Made by a program: the position numbers and the translations under genes. A DNA stretch of 56,371 nucleotides from IMG/VR virus record IMGVR_UViG_3300010362_000018, positions 1 through 56,371 of that record; one strand, given 5' to 3'. The DNA is from a virus. Lineage: Duplodnaviria; Caudoviricetes. Below the pieces are notes generated by a model. That model was not told where the DNA came from, searched no databases, and saw nothing but the letters and a program-made list of their open reading frames with translations. Shown here piece after piece: positions 46,313 through 55,663 of this stretch (position 1 is its first letter; the number at the start of each line of letters is the position of its first letter).

Positions 46313-47422
46313 ATGACTGAGCAGGAGCCCGGCACCGCCCTGGTGCGGCGCGCCGGTACGGACCTGATCACCGACGACGAGATTCGGCGGCTGTACCGCC
46401 TGAGCGAGTCGCTGGCGCTGGCCCGGATGTTCAAGGACGTGCAGCGCGCGGAGCAGGCGTTCGCGAAGATGATCATCGGCCGTGACCTGGGCCTGAGCCC
46501 GGCGCAGGCGCTGCTCGGGCTGCACATGGTGGACGGCAACGTGATGGTCCACTACGCGATGCTCGCGCGGTTCATCGAGGCGCGCTCGGAGGACGGGTAC
46601 AGCTACCGGGCCGGGTGGCTGAAGGTCAACCCGCCCGCTGAGGGCGAGCCGGAGGACGCGCTCCATGTGGAGTTCGTCTGGATGGACGAGGAGGAGCCCG
46701 ACGACCTGCGTGAGACGTACGGCGCGGTGGTGTACTTCGAGACGCCGCGGGCGGAGCGCCCGCTCATGTCCCGGTACACCGTCGAGGACGCGCGCACCGC
46801 CGGGCTGATCAAGGCCGACCCGCGCGCCGCGTGGAACACGAGCCGCCGCAACATGCTGCTCGCCCGCGCGATGAGCAACGGCGTCAAGTGGCACGTGCCC
46901 GAGGTGCTGGAGGGGCTCCCGATCTACGTCGAGGGAGAGATCACCGGCCGCAACGGGTCCGTCACCGAGCCGGTCGGGACGGGTGGCGATGAGGGCACCG
47001 GGCTGGACCTGGGGCCGAAGGTGGAGCAGATCATCGCCCGCGCCACTGACCTGGGCCACGCCGGGCTCAGCAACCGCGGGGCGCTGGAGATCGCGCTCGG
47101 GAACCGCGCGCCGGGCGTGGTGAACCAGTGGATCAAGGACGCCTCGAAGGAGCTCGACGACTTCGAGGAGACGCTCCTGAAGGGCGACGGCGAGGAGGTC
47201 ACTGACGCCGAGGTCGTGCCGCCGATGCCGGAGGGCGACGTGATGCGTGAGGAGGCCGCGGCTCACCGCGCCGTGGAGCAGCTGACCGAGAGCGCGCTGA
47301 TGGCGGAGCGGCTGGAGTCGCTGCGCGCCCGGCGCGCGGAGGAGCAGGACCCGGATGAGAAGCGGATGCTCGACGAGGAGATCGAGTCGATCGAGAACGC
47401 GCTGAAGGGGAAGGACGCGTGA
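46313..47422 (+). CDS. RecT-like single-strand annealing protein
   Basis: GRDLGLSPAQAL...VDG, YTVEDAR.AGL, W...RNML.ARA...PEVL.G. Confidence 0.7.
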   Translation: MTEQEPGTALVRRAGTDLITDDEIRRLYRLSESLALARMFKDVQRAEQAFAKMIIGRDLGLSPAQALLGLHMVDGNVMVHYAMLARFIEARSEDGYSYRAGWLKVNPPAEGEPEDALHVEFVWMDEEEPDDLRETYGAVVYFETPRAERPLMSRYTVEDARTAGLIKADPRAAWNTSRRNMLLARAMSNGVKWHVPEVLEGLPIYVEGEITGRNGSVTEPVGTGGDEGTGLDLGPKVEQIIARATDLGHAGLSNRGALEIALGNRAPGVVNQWIKDASKELDDFEETLLKGDGEEVTDAEVVPPMPEGDVMREEAAAHRAVEQLTESALMAERLESLRARRAEEQDPDEKRMLDEEIESIENALKGKDA

Positions 47423-47661
47423 CGCTCGACGGCGAGGCTGGCGTCAGCATCATCACCGACCACCGGTTCCGGTCACCGATCGAGCAGCCGTGGGGCCTGT
47501 GCATCGTGCCCGGCTGCGGACTGGGCGAGGCCGCTCACAGCGCCGCTGAGGGCATCTACACGCCGGTCAGGGCGTACCGGTGCCCGTACTGCGTGAACGT
47601 CGGGGAGGCGGTCTGCACGCACCTGGAGGCGCCGCTCGGGATGGACGGGAGGCCGCTGTGA
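47419..47661 (+). CDS. Hypothetical Cys/His protein
   Basis: GTGA coupling. Confidence 0.55.
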   Translation: MTLDGEAGVSIITDHRFRSPIEQPWGLCIVPGCGLGEAAHSAAEGIYTPVRAYRCPYCVNVGEAVCTHLEAPLGMDGRPL

Positions 47662-48800
47662 CCGAACTGATCCTGCCGACGACGCTGCGTCAGTCCAGCA
47701 TCGCGCGCTTCGACAACTGCCCGCTGAGCCTCCTGCTTGCGGAGCAGCAGCCGCCTGAGCAGCACCAGCCGTCACCGCTGGCGGCGCTCGGGACGCTGTT
47801 CCATCGCTGGGTGGCGCTGGTGATCCGTGAGATGCGCGCGACCGGCGAGATTCACTACGGCGTGGATCAGGGCATGGAGCGGCTGCTGGAGGTGATCGCG
47901 CAGCGTGACATCCCCGACGATCAGGTGGTTCACCTGCCGCTCGCTGAGATGAAGTGGCTCCGGATCTGCTGCACGCGCTGGTGTCAGGGCGGGCCGTTCA
48001 ACGCGAGTCGCGTGATCGCCGTGGAGGAGGAGCTCTCAGGGACCGTCAAGGTGCCCGACGGGAACGGCGGCGCCTACGAGCGGACCGTCGTGGGGCACCC
48101 GGACTGCATCGTTGCGGACCCGCCTGACGGCGTGATCGTCCCGGACTGGAAGACGGGCTGGTCGCCGCCTGCGAAGCTGGGCTACGAGGACCAGCAGATG
48201 CGTGACCAGGACGGGACGCGCGAGGAGAAGCTGACCGACCAGGGGTACGCGCAGCAGGTGATCTACGGGATCTTGATCCTGCAGAACCTCCCGGCGATCA
48301 ACCGGGTCACGCTGCGCGAGGTGTACCTCCGGCACGGCGAGTACCGTGAGGCCACCGTGGATCGGTACAACCTGGAGCGCCTGACCGACGTGCTCGGGGC
48401 GGTCATCGCTCAGATCGACGCGGCGTACGACGCTGGGGCTGACAGCGCGCGCTGGTTCCCGACCGCGGGGACTCACTGTGGCATCTGCCCGGCGCCGCGC
48501 GCCTGCCCGCTGAAGGAGTGGCACGGCATCCCGACGAGCCTCGACGAGGCGCAGCTGCTGGCGCGGGAGTGGATCGTTGCGGCCGCGGTCCGTAAGGAGC
48601 GGACGCCGCTGCTCAAGGGCTGGGTGGAGCATCACGGGCCGATCCCGATCAAGGCGGGGCGAGGGCGCCGCGAGGTCGGGTGGGTCGACAACAGCACCGG
48701 CTCCGGGAAGTCGTTCAAGCTGTACGAGCCGGATGAGGCGCCGCCCAGCCCGTTCGATGAGCGGCTCGACCAGCTGATGCGTCAGCGCGCCGCGGCATGA
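47658..48800 (+). CDS. PD-(D/E)XK exonuclease (RecB/Cas4-like)
   Basis: S....F..CP, GTLFH, GHPD, DWKTG, Q..IY, C..CP...CP. Confidence 0.8.
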   Translation: MTELILPTTLRQSSIARFDNCPLSLLLAEQQPPEQHQPSPLAALGTLFHRWVALVIREMRATGEIHYGVDQGMERLLEVIAQRDIPDDQVVHLPLAEMKWLRICCTRWCQGGPFNASRVIAVEEELSGTVKVPDGNGGAYERTVVGHPDCIVADPPDGVIVPDWKTGWSPPAKLGYEDQQMRDQDGTREEKLTDQGYAQQVIYGILILQNLPAINRVTLREVYLRHGEYREATVDRYNLERLTDVLGAVIAQIDAAYDAGADSARWFPTAGTHCGICPAPRACPLKEWHGIPTSLDEAQLLAREWIVAAAVRKERTPLLKGWVEHHGPIPIKAGRGRREVGWVDNSTGSGKSFKLYEPDEAPPSPFDERLDQLMRQRAAA

Positions 48801-48973
48801 GCGTCTACTGGACCGGCTGGCTGGACGCGCTCGACTCGGTCCTGCAGCTGCTCGATGACGTGGACCGCGGGATCAGGGACGAGCAGGAGGTCCGTGAGGA
48901 GATCGAGCGCAAGCGGCTCAAGGTGCTCCGGGACCGCAAGGAGGCCCGAAGTCAGGTGGTAGGCGGTGCCTGA
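48797..48973 (+). CDS. Small hypothetical protein
   Basis: ATGA coupling. Confidence 0.55.
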   Translation: MSVYWTGWLDALDSVLQLLDDVDRGIRDEQEVREEIERKRLKVLRDRKEARSQVVGGA

Positions 48974-48988
48974 CCCTGATTCCGGAGG

Positions 48989-49015
48989 CCAGAACCGGTC
49001 CCTACGGACCGCGGG
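48989..49015 (-). repeat. Inverted copy of the 27-bp repeat
   Basis: Exact reverse complement of 29034-29060. Confidence 0.85.
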
Positions 49016-49018
49016 GCC

Positions 49019-49390
49019 ATGGCCAAAGGGTTGAGGTCACGACGAACGGACGCCGCGCTCCGAGCGCTGCACGCGCGTCAGCGGGAGCCCGGGTACGAGG
49101 AATGGCACCGGACCCGCTACGGGCGGTGTGCGGTCTGCGGGCGGCGCGGCACCATCCTTCGCCACCACCTCGTCTACGAGCAGCACGTCAGGCGCGCGGG
49201 CGGTGACCCGTGGGACCTCCGCAACGCGCTTGACGTGGGGGCGCTGTGCGCCTGCCACCAGCGACACCACACCGCCGCGCGCCGTATCCCGCTACGGCTG
49301 ATCCCGGCCAAGGCGCACACCTTCGCGACCGAGCTCCTGGGACCGGCTCGCGCGGAGCTCTACTGGTCCCGGTACTACGGGGAGGGCTGA
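49019..49390 (+). CDS. HNH-like nuclease
   Basis: CAVCG, HHLV, D.RN, C..CHQRHH. Confidence 0.65.
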   Translation: MAKGLRSRRTDAALRALHARQREPGYEEWHRTRYGRCAVCGRRGTILRHHLVYEQHVRRAGGDPWDLRNALDVGALCACHQRHHTAARRIPLRLIPAKAHTFATELLGPARAELYWSRYYGEG

Positions 49391-49722
49391 TGACTCCGGA
49401 TGGGAACGGCAGGTCGATCCAGGAGCGCGCTCAGGGTGGCGTCGACGATCAGCTGGGCATGTTCGACCGCGTGATCGAGGACGCGGCGCTGGAGGCACTC
49501 CTGGAGGACCGCGAGGTGAAGCGGCTCACCAAGTCCGAGGCGAACACCGCGTACGCCTCAGCGCACGACCGCGTCAAGACCCGGATCAGCGAGGAGGCGC
49601 TGGAGCCCGGCGACGTGATCCGCTGCGGCCGGTTCCGGATCAAGATGACGCACGTCGAGGGCGGCGCGGTCGCGTTCGAGACGAGCGGCTCCGACCGGCT
49701 CTACATCGGGACGCTCGACTGA
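49390..49722 (+). CDS. Hypothetical protein
   Basis: TGATG coupling, GGAGG SD. Confidence 0.65.
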   Translation: MTPDGNGRSIQERAQGGVDDQLGMFDRVIEDAALEALLEDREVKRLTKSEANTAYASAHDRVKTRISEEALEPGDVIRCGRFRIKMTHVEGGAVAFETSGSDRLYIGTLD

Positions 49723-49731
49723 AGAACGGGA

Positions 49732-49783
49732 CGGGCGCCCCTCCACCAGGCCGAGCTTCTGGATAGAGTTGGAGGGGCGCCCG
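49732..49783. repeat. 14-bp inverted repeat upstream of the primase-helicase
   Basis: CGGGCGCCCCTCCA/TGGAGGGGCGCCCG enclosing TAGAGT. Confidence 0.7.
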
Positions 49784-49983
49784 AGAGGTTCCGGCTTGCG
49801 GCGCCTTGAGGGAATGGGCGCACGTAGCAGGGAGTCAACGAGCGGAGCATAGCGGGCGCTGCGGCGGCGCGCTACAGTCCCGGCCAGAGGGAACGGGAAA
49901 CGCCGCTTGTAGCGGGGAAAGAGGGTGTTGGTCATGGTCAGCGATACGTCTCCAGCGTCACGGCGATCGGTTCTCCGTGACTC

Positions 49984-51741
49984 GTGAACCCGGTCGAACT
50001 CGTCCGCGCCCGGCTGGAGGCGCGTAGCTGCTCTGTCGCTCAGGACCGCGGCCACGCCTTCGAGGCGCAGTGTCCGGCCCATGAGGACCGCAACCCGTCG
50101 CTGAGCGTCAGCACCGGCCGTGAGGGCAAGGCGCTGGTGAAGTGTCACGCGGGCTGCCGTACCGAGGACGTACTGTCGGAGCTCGGGCTGACCGCGGCCG
50201 AGCTCTTCCCGGAGGACAGCCGCCCCGCCGATGACGGCTGGACGGTGGAGGCCGAGTACGTCTACCACGACGCCGGGGGCCGGGAGATCTTCAAGGTCGT
50301 CCGGTTCACCGGCAAGCGGTTCCGGCAGCAGCGCCGGACGCCGGGCGGCTGGGAGTGGGGGATGGAGGGCGTCACCCGCCAGCTGTTCCAGCTGCCGAAG
50401 GTGCTCGCGGCGAAGGAGCGCGGCGACTACATCTTCCTGACCGAGGGTGAGAAGGACGCGCTCGCGGTTCAGGGCGCGGGCTACTGCGCAACGACGATGC
50501 CCGGCGGCGCCGGGAAGTGGGAGCGTCAGTACACCGAGGCGCTGACTGGCGCGAAGGTGATCATCCTCGCCGACGACGATGACCCGGGACGGCAGCACGC
50601 CGCGTCCGTCTGGAGGGAGCTCGCCGGACGGGCGCGCGGGCCGTGGGTCCGGCTCCCGGCGGAGGGCTGCAAAGACATCGCGGATCACCTCGCCGCAGGG
50701 CACTCGCTGAAGGGCGAGCTCCGGGAGTTCGCGCAGCTGGTTGACCTTCCCGCCGCGGGGCCGACGAATGGGCGCGGGCGGCTCGCGGCGCTGACCGCCG
50801 CGGCGTTCGCCGCCCGCCGCGGGCCGGAGCGCTCACTGGAGTTGCTTGGGCCGATGTTCCAGCGCGGCATGCGGACCGTCGTCGGCGCGCAGACCGGTGA
50901 GGGCAAGACTACGTTCGCGCTGCACGCCGTTCACGCGCTCGTCGCGCGGGAGCCGTTCCTCGGGGAGGAGCGCTGGCGCGGCCGGTACGACGGCGCCCGA
51001 GCGCTCGTCGTGGACCTGGAACAGGGCGAGGAGACGCTCAAGGCGCGGCTCCACGACTGTGGGCTGGCTGACACCGAGCGCGTAGACATCCTCTGGGAGC
51101 CCAACGGGATCGCACTCGACAAGCGCGAGGAGGACCGCGCCATGGTCCGCGATCAGATCCGAGAGGGCAACTACGACCTCGTCCTGCTGGACCCGCTGTA
51201 CCAGCTGCACCTCGGGTCAGGCAACGACGAGGAGGTCGCGTCCGCCACCATGCGGATCATCGACGGCTGGGCGCGCGAGTTCAACTGCTCGATCGTGATC
51301 CCGATGCACGCGCGGAAGCCTCACCCCAACGCGGGCCGCTCGTTCACCATCCATGACATCGCCGGGACCGGCACGTGGCTGAGGAACGCCGAGTTCGTCC
51401 TCGGTCTGCAGCTGATGTTCGCGGGTGAGTCCCGGCTCTGGTTCTTCAAGGACCGGATCGGCCGTGGCCCCACCATCCGCTCTCACTGGTGGCTGAACTT
51501 CGACCGTGACTCAGGCGGCTACCGCCGCTCCCACAAGGAGGAGAAGGAGCGCGTCAAGAAGGCGATGAAGACGCTCCTGCAGCGTGACGTGGGCGCGACG
51601 CGCGCCGAGCTCCTGGAGGTGACCGGCGGCAACGAGGTCCTCGTCCAGGAAGTCCTCCGTGGCAAGCACCAGCGCGGCGAGCACTACCGGACCCGCAAGT
51701 GGCCGGTCAGCGCGGATCAGGAGACGCTCGGCGTGGACTGA
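49984..51741 (+). CDS. Primase-helicase (Zn finger + TOPRIM + RecA/AAA_25 helicase)
   Basis: CPAHEDRNPSL...CHAGC, EGEKD, D.D..G, KD..D, Walker A AQTGEGKTT, LLDPL, HARK. Confidence 0.88.
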   Translation: MNPVELVRARLEARSCSVAQDRGHAFEAQCPAHEDRNPSLSVSTGREGKALVKCHAGCRTEDVLSELGLTAAELFPEDSRPADDGWTVEAEYVYHDAGGREIFKVVRFTGKRFRQQRRTPGGWEWGMEGVTRQLFQLPKVLAAKERGDYIFLTEGEKDALAVQGAGYCATTMPGGAGKWERQYTEALTGAKVIILADDDDPGRQHAASVWRELAGRARGPWVRLPAEGCKDIADHLAAGHSLKGELREFAQLVDLPAAGPTNGRGRLAALTAAAFAARRGPERSLELLGPMFQRGMRTVVGAQTGEGKTTFALHAVHALVAREPFLGEERWRGRYDGARALVVDLEQGEETLKARLHDCGLADTERVDILWEPNGIALDKREEDRAMVRDQIREGNYDLVLLDPLYQLHLGSGNDEEVASATMRIIDGWAREFNCSIVIPMHARKPHPNAGRSFTIHDIAGTGTWLRNAEFVLGLQLMFAGESRLWFFKDRIGRGPTIRSHWWLNFDRDSGGYRRSHKEEKERVKKAMKTLLQRDVGATRAELLEVTGGNEVLVQEVLRGKHQRGEHYRTRKWPVSADQETLGVD

Positions 51742-51997
51742 CCCCTGACGCGCAGCGAACAACTCCGCCGGGGGCAAGGCGTGGGTGAAGGGCCGAGCAA
51801 GAGGTGGTCACGCGCTCAGCGTACAGGGGTCACACTCGGCGCCCGCGAGCCGCGAACGGACTGAGCCGAGCCGGATGCTGAACGGCGCGTGCGCGGCGGA
51901 CGGGTGGGCAAGCCACTCGCCGGATGACTTGCGGAGACAGAGAGCTAGGGCTCACAGCATCGGCTAGCCCCAAGGTACCACCCAGGGGGTAGGAGGT

Positions 51998-52026
51998 TAT
52001 GCTCAGACCCGAACCCGAACGGAGGA
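51998..52026 (+). promoter_or_regulatory. -10 TATGCT + tandem CCCGAAC leader + SD
   Basis: CCCGAAC 52008-52014 and 52014-52020, GGAGG. Confidence 0.6.
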
Positions 52027-52034
52027 GTTGGTGG

Positions 52035-52265
52035 ATGCCTTCACACCGGAGCCATCGTAGGCACAGCAAGCGCATGCTGGGCTGGGCGGCGCGTCAGCCG
52101 CGCCAGGACCAGGTGCCGGAACGTGACCCCGCCGGGCTGGCGCGGGCGCTGCGTGAGGCGCGCGAGCGCGATACGAGGCAGCGGGTCCACTACGCCTTCC
52201 GCACGATGGAGGACGGGCAGTGGTCCGAGTGGCAGGTCGGCGCCATGCCCCGGGGCCGTAGCTAG
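52035..52265 (+). CDS. Hypothetical protein
   Basis: GGAGG SD. Confidence 0.55.
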   Translation: MPSHRSHRRHSKRMLGWAARQPRQDQVPERDPAGLARALREARERDTRQRVHYAFRTMEDGQWSEWQVGAMPRGRS

Positions 52266-52318
52266 GGGGACTTGACGCGAGGGGTTATACTTCCGCGGGT
52301 AACCCGAACCCTAGGAGG
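52261..52318 (+). promoter_or_regulatory. Promoter with CCCGAAC leader
   Basis: GCTAGGGGG, TTGACG 52272-52277, TATACT 52286-52291, CCCGAAC 52303-52309, AGGAGG. Confidence 0.75.
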
Positions 52319-52322
52319 GCTG

Positions 52323-52616
52323 ATGGAACTTCTTGACAGGCTCAGCGGCTGCGCGGCGCTGGGCGTGATCCACCGGGTGTGGGAGGACGGGCCTTGCCCC
52401 GGCTGCCACGTCCCGGGCGAGCCGCTCCGCGTGCTGATCGACGGCACTGAGGACTGGAGCCCGGCGGCGCGTCAGGACGTGACGCGGCTGGTGAAGATGA
52501 CGGTCGGCGACCTGATCCACACGGACTGGTACCGCCGGACCGCCGCCCGCAACGCTCACGCGGGCGAGGCCGAGCGTGAGCGCATCCGGCGTCAGGTGAG
52601 GGAGACGAACGCATGA
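52323..52616 (+). CDS. Hypothetical protein
   Basis: SD, CxxC. Confidence 0.65.
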   Translation: MELLDRLSGCAALGVIHRVWEDGPCPGCHVPGEPLRVLIDGTEDWSPAARQDVTRLVKMTVGDLIHTDWYRRTAARNAHAGEAERERIRRQVRETNA

Positions 52617-53011
52617 CGACCGTAGCGTGCCTGCGCTGTGAGCGGCTGGTCGAGCTCGTCGGGATCAGTCAGCACGACGGCTCCGACGTGGACCTGGAGG
52701 AGGTGGACCTGGACACCAAGGAGCCGACGGCGATGCTGACGGCGCTCTGCGCTGACTGCCTCGGGGCTGACGCGGCGCTGTTCCTGAAGAACTCGCGGTC
52801 ACGGGTCGCGAAGTACCTGACCGACGCTGAGGATGCGCTCGCGGGGATGAAGTGGGTCGCGGACGGGCCGCTGAAGGACAACGCTGACGTGCAGCGTGAC
52901 ATCCGGGCGATGGAGGCCCGGGTCGAGACGATGCGCGCTCAGTTCGCGGCGCTGATGACGGTGACCGAGGACGACGTGATCACCGGACCGCTCGACGAGG
53001 GGGACGAGTGA
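52613..53011 (+). CDS. Hypothetical Zn-binding/coiled-coil protein
   Basis: CLRC...CADC. Confidence 0.65.
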   Translation: MTTVACLRCERLVELVGISQHDGSDVDLEEVDLDTKEPTAMLTALCADCLGADAALFLKNSRSRVAKYLTDAEDALAGMKWVADGPLKDNADVQRDIRAMEARVETMRAQFAALMTVTEDDVITGPLDEGDE

Positions 53012-53469
53012 CCCTCATTCGTGCGGTGACCGGCCCGTCCCGGATCACCGACGGCGAGGGGAGCTACGTCAGGCAAGTCCTGGCGGAGCTCCCCCGCCCC
53101 TCGGAGTTCCGGACGGGCGCCGCTGACGGCGTGGACACCGTCGCCGCCCACTGCGGCTGGGGCCTGTGGACCCGCGCCAAGCACGTGCTGTACGTGCCGG
53201 GCGCGCCTCACAACGCCTGGCTGGTGGAGGACTGGCAGGGTGAGCGCGTGTTCTGTCCTGAGGGGCTGACGCGCGCTGACTCGTACCGGACCCGCAACAC
53301 GATGATGGTCATGGGCGCCGACGAGCTCGTCGCGTTCGTGAAGCGCCCGGGCTGGTACAGATCCGGAGAGATGATGACAGTCGGGATCGCTCAGCGGATG
53401 GGAGTCCAGGTGACGACGTGGGTGCTCCAGGACGGTCCGTGGACCGCCGACTTGACCGCGGGGTTATAG
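53008..53469 (+). CDS. SLOG-fold (YspA/DprA-like) protein
   Basis: VTGPS, TGAADGVDT.A, RNTMMV..AD.LVAF, SG..MTV..A. Confidence 0.6.
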   Translation: MTLIRAVTGPSRITDGEGSYVRQVLAELPRPSEFRTGAADGVDTVAAHCGWGLWTRAKHVLYVPGAPHNAWLVEDWQGERVFCPEGLTRADSYRTRNTMMVMGADELVAFVKRPGWYRSGEMMTVGIAQRMGVQVTTWVLQDGPWTADLTAGL

Positions 53470-53496
53470 TCCCCGGCGCAACCCGAACCCAGGAGG
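53452..53496 (+). promoter_or_regulatory. Promoter with CAACCCGAAC leader
   Basis: TATAGT 53465-53470, CCCGAAC 53482-53488, CCAGGAGG. Confidence 0.7.
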
Positions 53497-53500
53497 ACGA

Positions 53501-53974
53501 GTGAACGAGCAGAAGTGCGCGTGGTGTGGAGAGCCCGCTACCCACCGAGCATCGCACCAGGACGTGCGGCTCCCGGCCTGCGCGCTGCACGCCGCGGTCG
53601 CCGCTCGGAAGCACACCTGGATGCCGTGCGTGATCAACGCCGACTTCGACGGGATGACGCCTGAGCAGCAGGCGCGCGTGCTCCGTGAGACCAAGTGGGC
53701 GGACAACATCGCCAACGCTGAGTGGCCCGTCGTGCTCCGTGAGGACGGCGCCAGCAAGCACGCGAAGGCGCGGCTGAAGAAGAAGGCCGTCGGTTGGCTG
53801 ATGGCGCTGAGCAGGATCATCGTCCTGAACCCGGCGCTGGCCGTGCAGGTGCTCCGCGAGGCGGACGCTCAGTACCGCGAACAGCTGAGGGAGCCGCCGT
53901 TGCTGTCATGGGCGGTGCTGGCTGACCTGATCGAGTTCGGTAGCGTCCAGTCCGCTACCAAGGAGGCAGCGTGA
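53501..53974 (+). CDS. Hypothetical protein
   Basis: CAWC...C..H N-terminus. Confidence 0.65.
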   Translation: MNEQKCAWCGEPATHRASHQDVRLPACALHAAVAARKHTWMPCVINADFDGMTPEQQARVLRETKWADNIANAEWPVVLREDGASKHAKARLKKKAVGWLMALSRIIVLNPALAVQVLREADAQYREQLREPPLLSWAVLADLIEFGSVQSATKEAA

Positions 53975-54171
53975 CCACAGACCTTGCCCGGCTCGCCGCA
54001 ATGGAGCGCGAGCTCGCGGAGATGACCGAGGCTGAGACTGACCCGGCGCAGAAGGCGCTGAACGACGCTGCGTACGGGGCGGTTGCCCGCGCGGCGTTCG
54101 GGCCGGTTCAGGCGGTGCGTTACGTGCCGCCGCCTGACGGCTTGCCATTCGACCCGAAAGAAGGGAAGTAG
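53971..54171 (+). CDS. Hypothetical protein
   Basis: AAGGAGG SD. Confidence 0.6.
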   Translation: MTTDLARLAAMERELAEMTEAETDPAQKALNDAAYGAVARAAFGPVQAVRYVPPPDGLPFDPKEGK

Positions 54172-55113
54172 ATGCCAGATCACAGCTGGGAGCGGTCCGT
54201 GGAGATCGCTAAGACGGCGCTGCTCAAGACGTTCGAGGGCCGTATGACGGTCGCGGAGGAGTCGCTGCTCCAGTGCCCCGATCGCGCTGGGCGGCGGGCA
54301 GCGGGCGAGCGCACGTTGGCTGACTTCGCCGAGGAGGTGGGCGTGGAGCACGCGACGCTGAAGCGTTGGCGCCGCGTCCACAAGTGGCTGGGCAATCGGC
54401 GCGGTACCGCTCCGATTGGGAGCTACGCCCTGGCCGAGGAGGCGATGATCTCTCGGCGGTGGGAGACGGGGCGCGCGTTCGCCGAGTTCGTGCTTCGGAC
54501 GGACCCGCCGCTCTGGGAGCAGGAGGGCTATGAGCCGCACCAGTTCCGCTCCTGGACAGTGGACGCGCTCCGCGTCCACTTGGGGCAGCGTCCCACGAAC
54601 ACCACGCTCGTCGCGCTCCGGGCGGCGCAGGAGGACCGTGAGCCGACGGCGGACGAGGAGCACGCCGCCGCCGCGCAGGATGCCATCGAGGAGGCGCGGA
54701 CCGAGGCTGGGCAGGTCGAGGACTACCACCAGTCGCGCGAGGTGCTCGACGCGATGACTGACGCGCGGGAGGAAGTCGAGGAGCATCACTACGAGAACGT
54801 CGGTCAGGTGCTCCAGGGCGACGGCGTCCCGGACGACTACGAGATGGAGCGGTTGGTCGAGGCGCTGGAGCGCGATCACCTGCCGTCGGTCATCGCTGAG
54901 CGTGCGATGAATCTTCGGCGGGCGCTGGAGCGCGTGCCGGAGTGGCTGGAGCGTTACGGGCACATCACGCGGCCCGGGCAGGACGAGGCTCAGGGCGTGC
55001 TCATGCATGACACGCTCGATGAGGAGAAGGGCAAGGTCGAGATGGCCTTTGCCGAGGCGACGGGGAATCTGGCGCAGCAGTTCAGCCAGTACCTCGCGAC
55101 AGCAAGGAGGTGA
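54172..55113 (+). CDS. Hypothetical protein with HTH-like segment
   Basis: TLADFAEEVGVEHATLKRWR. Confidence 0.65.
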   Translation: MPDHSWERSVEIAKTALLKTFEGRMTVAEESLLQCPDRAGRRAAGERTLADFAEEVGVEHATLKRWRRVHKWLGNRRGTAPIGSYALAEEAMISRRWETGRAFAEFVLRTDPPLWEQEGYEPHQFRSWTVDALRVHLGQRPTNTTLVALRAAQEDREPTADEEHAAAAQDAIEEARTEAGQVEDYHQSREVLDAMTDAREEVEEHHYENVGQVLQGDGVPDDYEMERLVEALERDHLPSVIAERAMNLRRALERVPEWLERYGHITRPGQDEAQGVLMHDTLDEEKGKVEMAFAEATGNLAQQFSQYLATARR

Positions 55114-55114
55114 T

Positions 55115-55618
55115 ATGCGCCCACTGACTCGTCGGCAGCAGGAGGACATCCTGACGCTGGCTGAGTTCTACGAGCAGTCGGGTGCCGCCAATGGGTTGCG
55201 GATCACGCATTCGCAGACCGCGGCGGCGCTGGGCTGGCACTGGATGCGTGTCTGCAACACGGTGCGCCTGATCAAGGAGCATCCGGAGTTGCGGATGGGC
55301 ATCTCGATCCGGCGCGGGCCTGACCCGGTCGTGACGTTCACGACCGAGGCCAACCTGCTGGTCGGTGACGCGGTGATCGCCGCTGATGCAGTGGGCCGCG
55401 CTGGCTACCTGGAGACCATTCTCCGGCTGGCGCGCTACGCCATGGCTGTCAAGGTCCAGCACCGCAACACCGCGGATAAGCGGTCGGCGGCTTCCAGGCG
55501 GCTTCTGGCGGAGTTCCGCCGCCAGAAGGCTGCGATCGCCAGTCTGCAGGCGTCCCTGGACCTGCAGAGCACTTTCGAGGAAGAGGTCGCTGAGTTCCTG
55601 GAGGAAGTGCTCGCGTAG
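55115..55618 (+). CDS. Hypothetical protein with wHTH-like segment
   Basis: AAGGAGGT SD; ITHSQTAAALGW. Confidence 0.65.
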   Translation: MRPLTRRQQEDILTLAEFYEQSGAANGLRITHSQTAAALGWHWMRVCNTVRLIKEHPELRMGISIRRGPDPVVTFTTEANLLVGDAVIAADAVGRAGYLETILRLARYAMAVKVQHRNTADKRSAASRRLLAEFRRQKAAIASLQASLDLQSTFEEEVAEFLEEVLA

Positions 55619-55663
55619 TCCGGAGAGAGCGGGCGCTACTCGCGGGCGCCCGCTTGATCCGCT

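Noticed and set aside
47658-48800. CRISPR Cas4 / CRISPR array
   Set aside because: No repeat-spacer array seen; the nuclease sits with a RecT-like gene as a recombination module
49783-49930. Cobalamin riboswitch (AGGTTC...GGGAA)
   Set aside because: No B12-box/GCCACTG or other core elements seen
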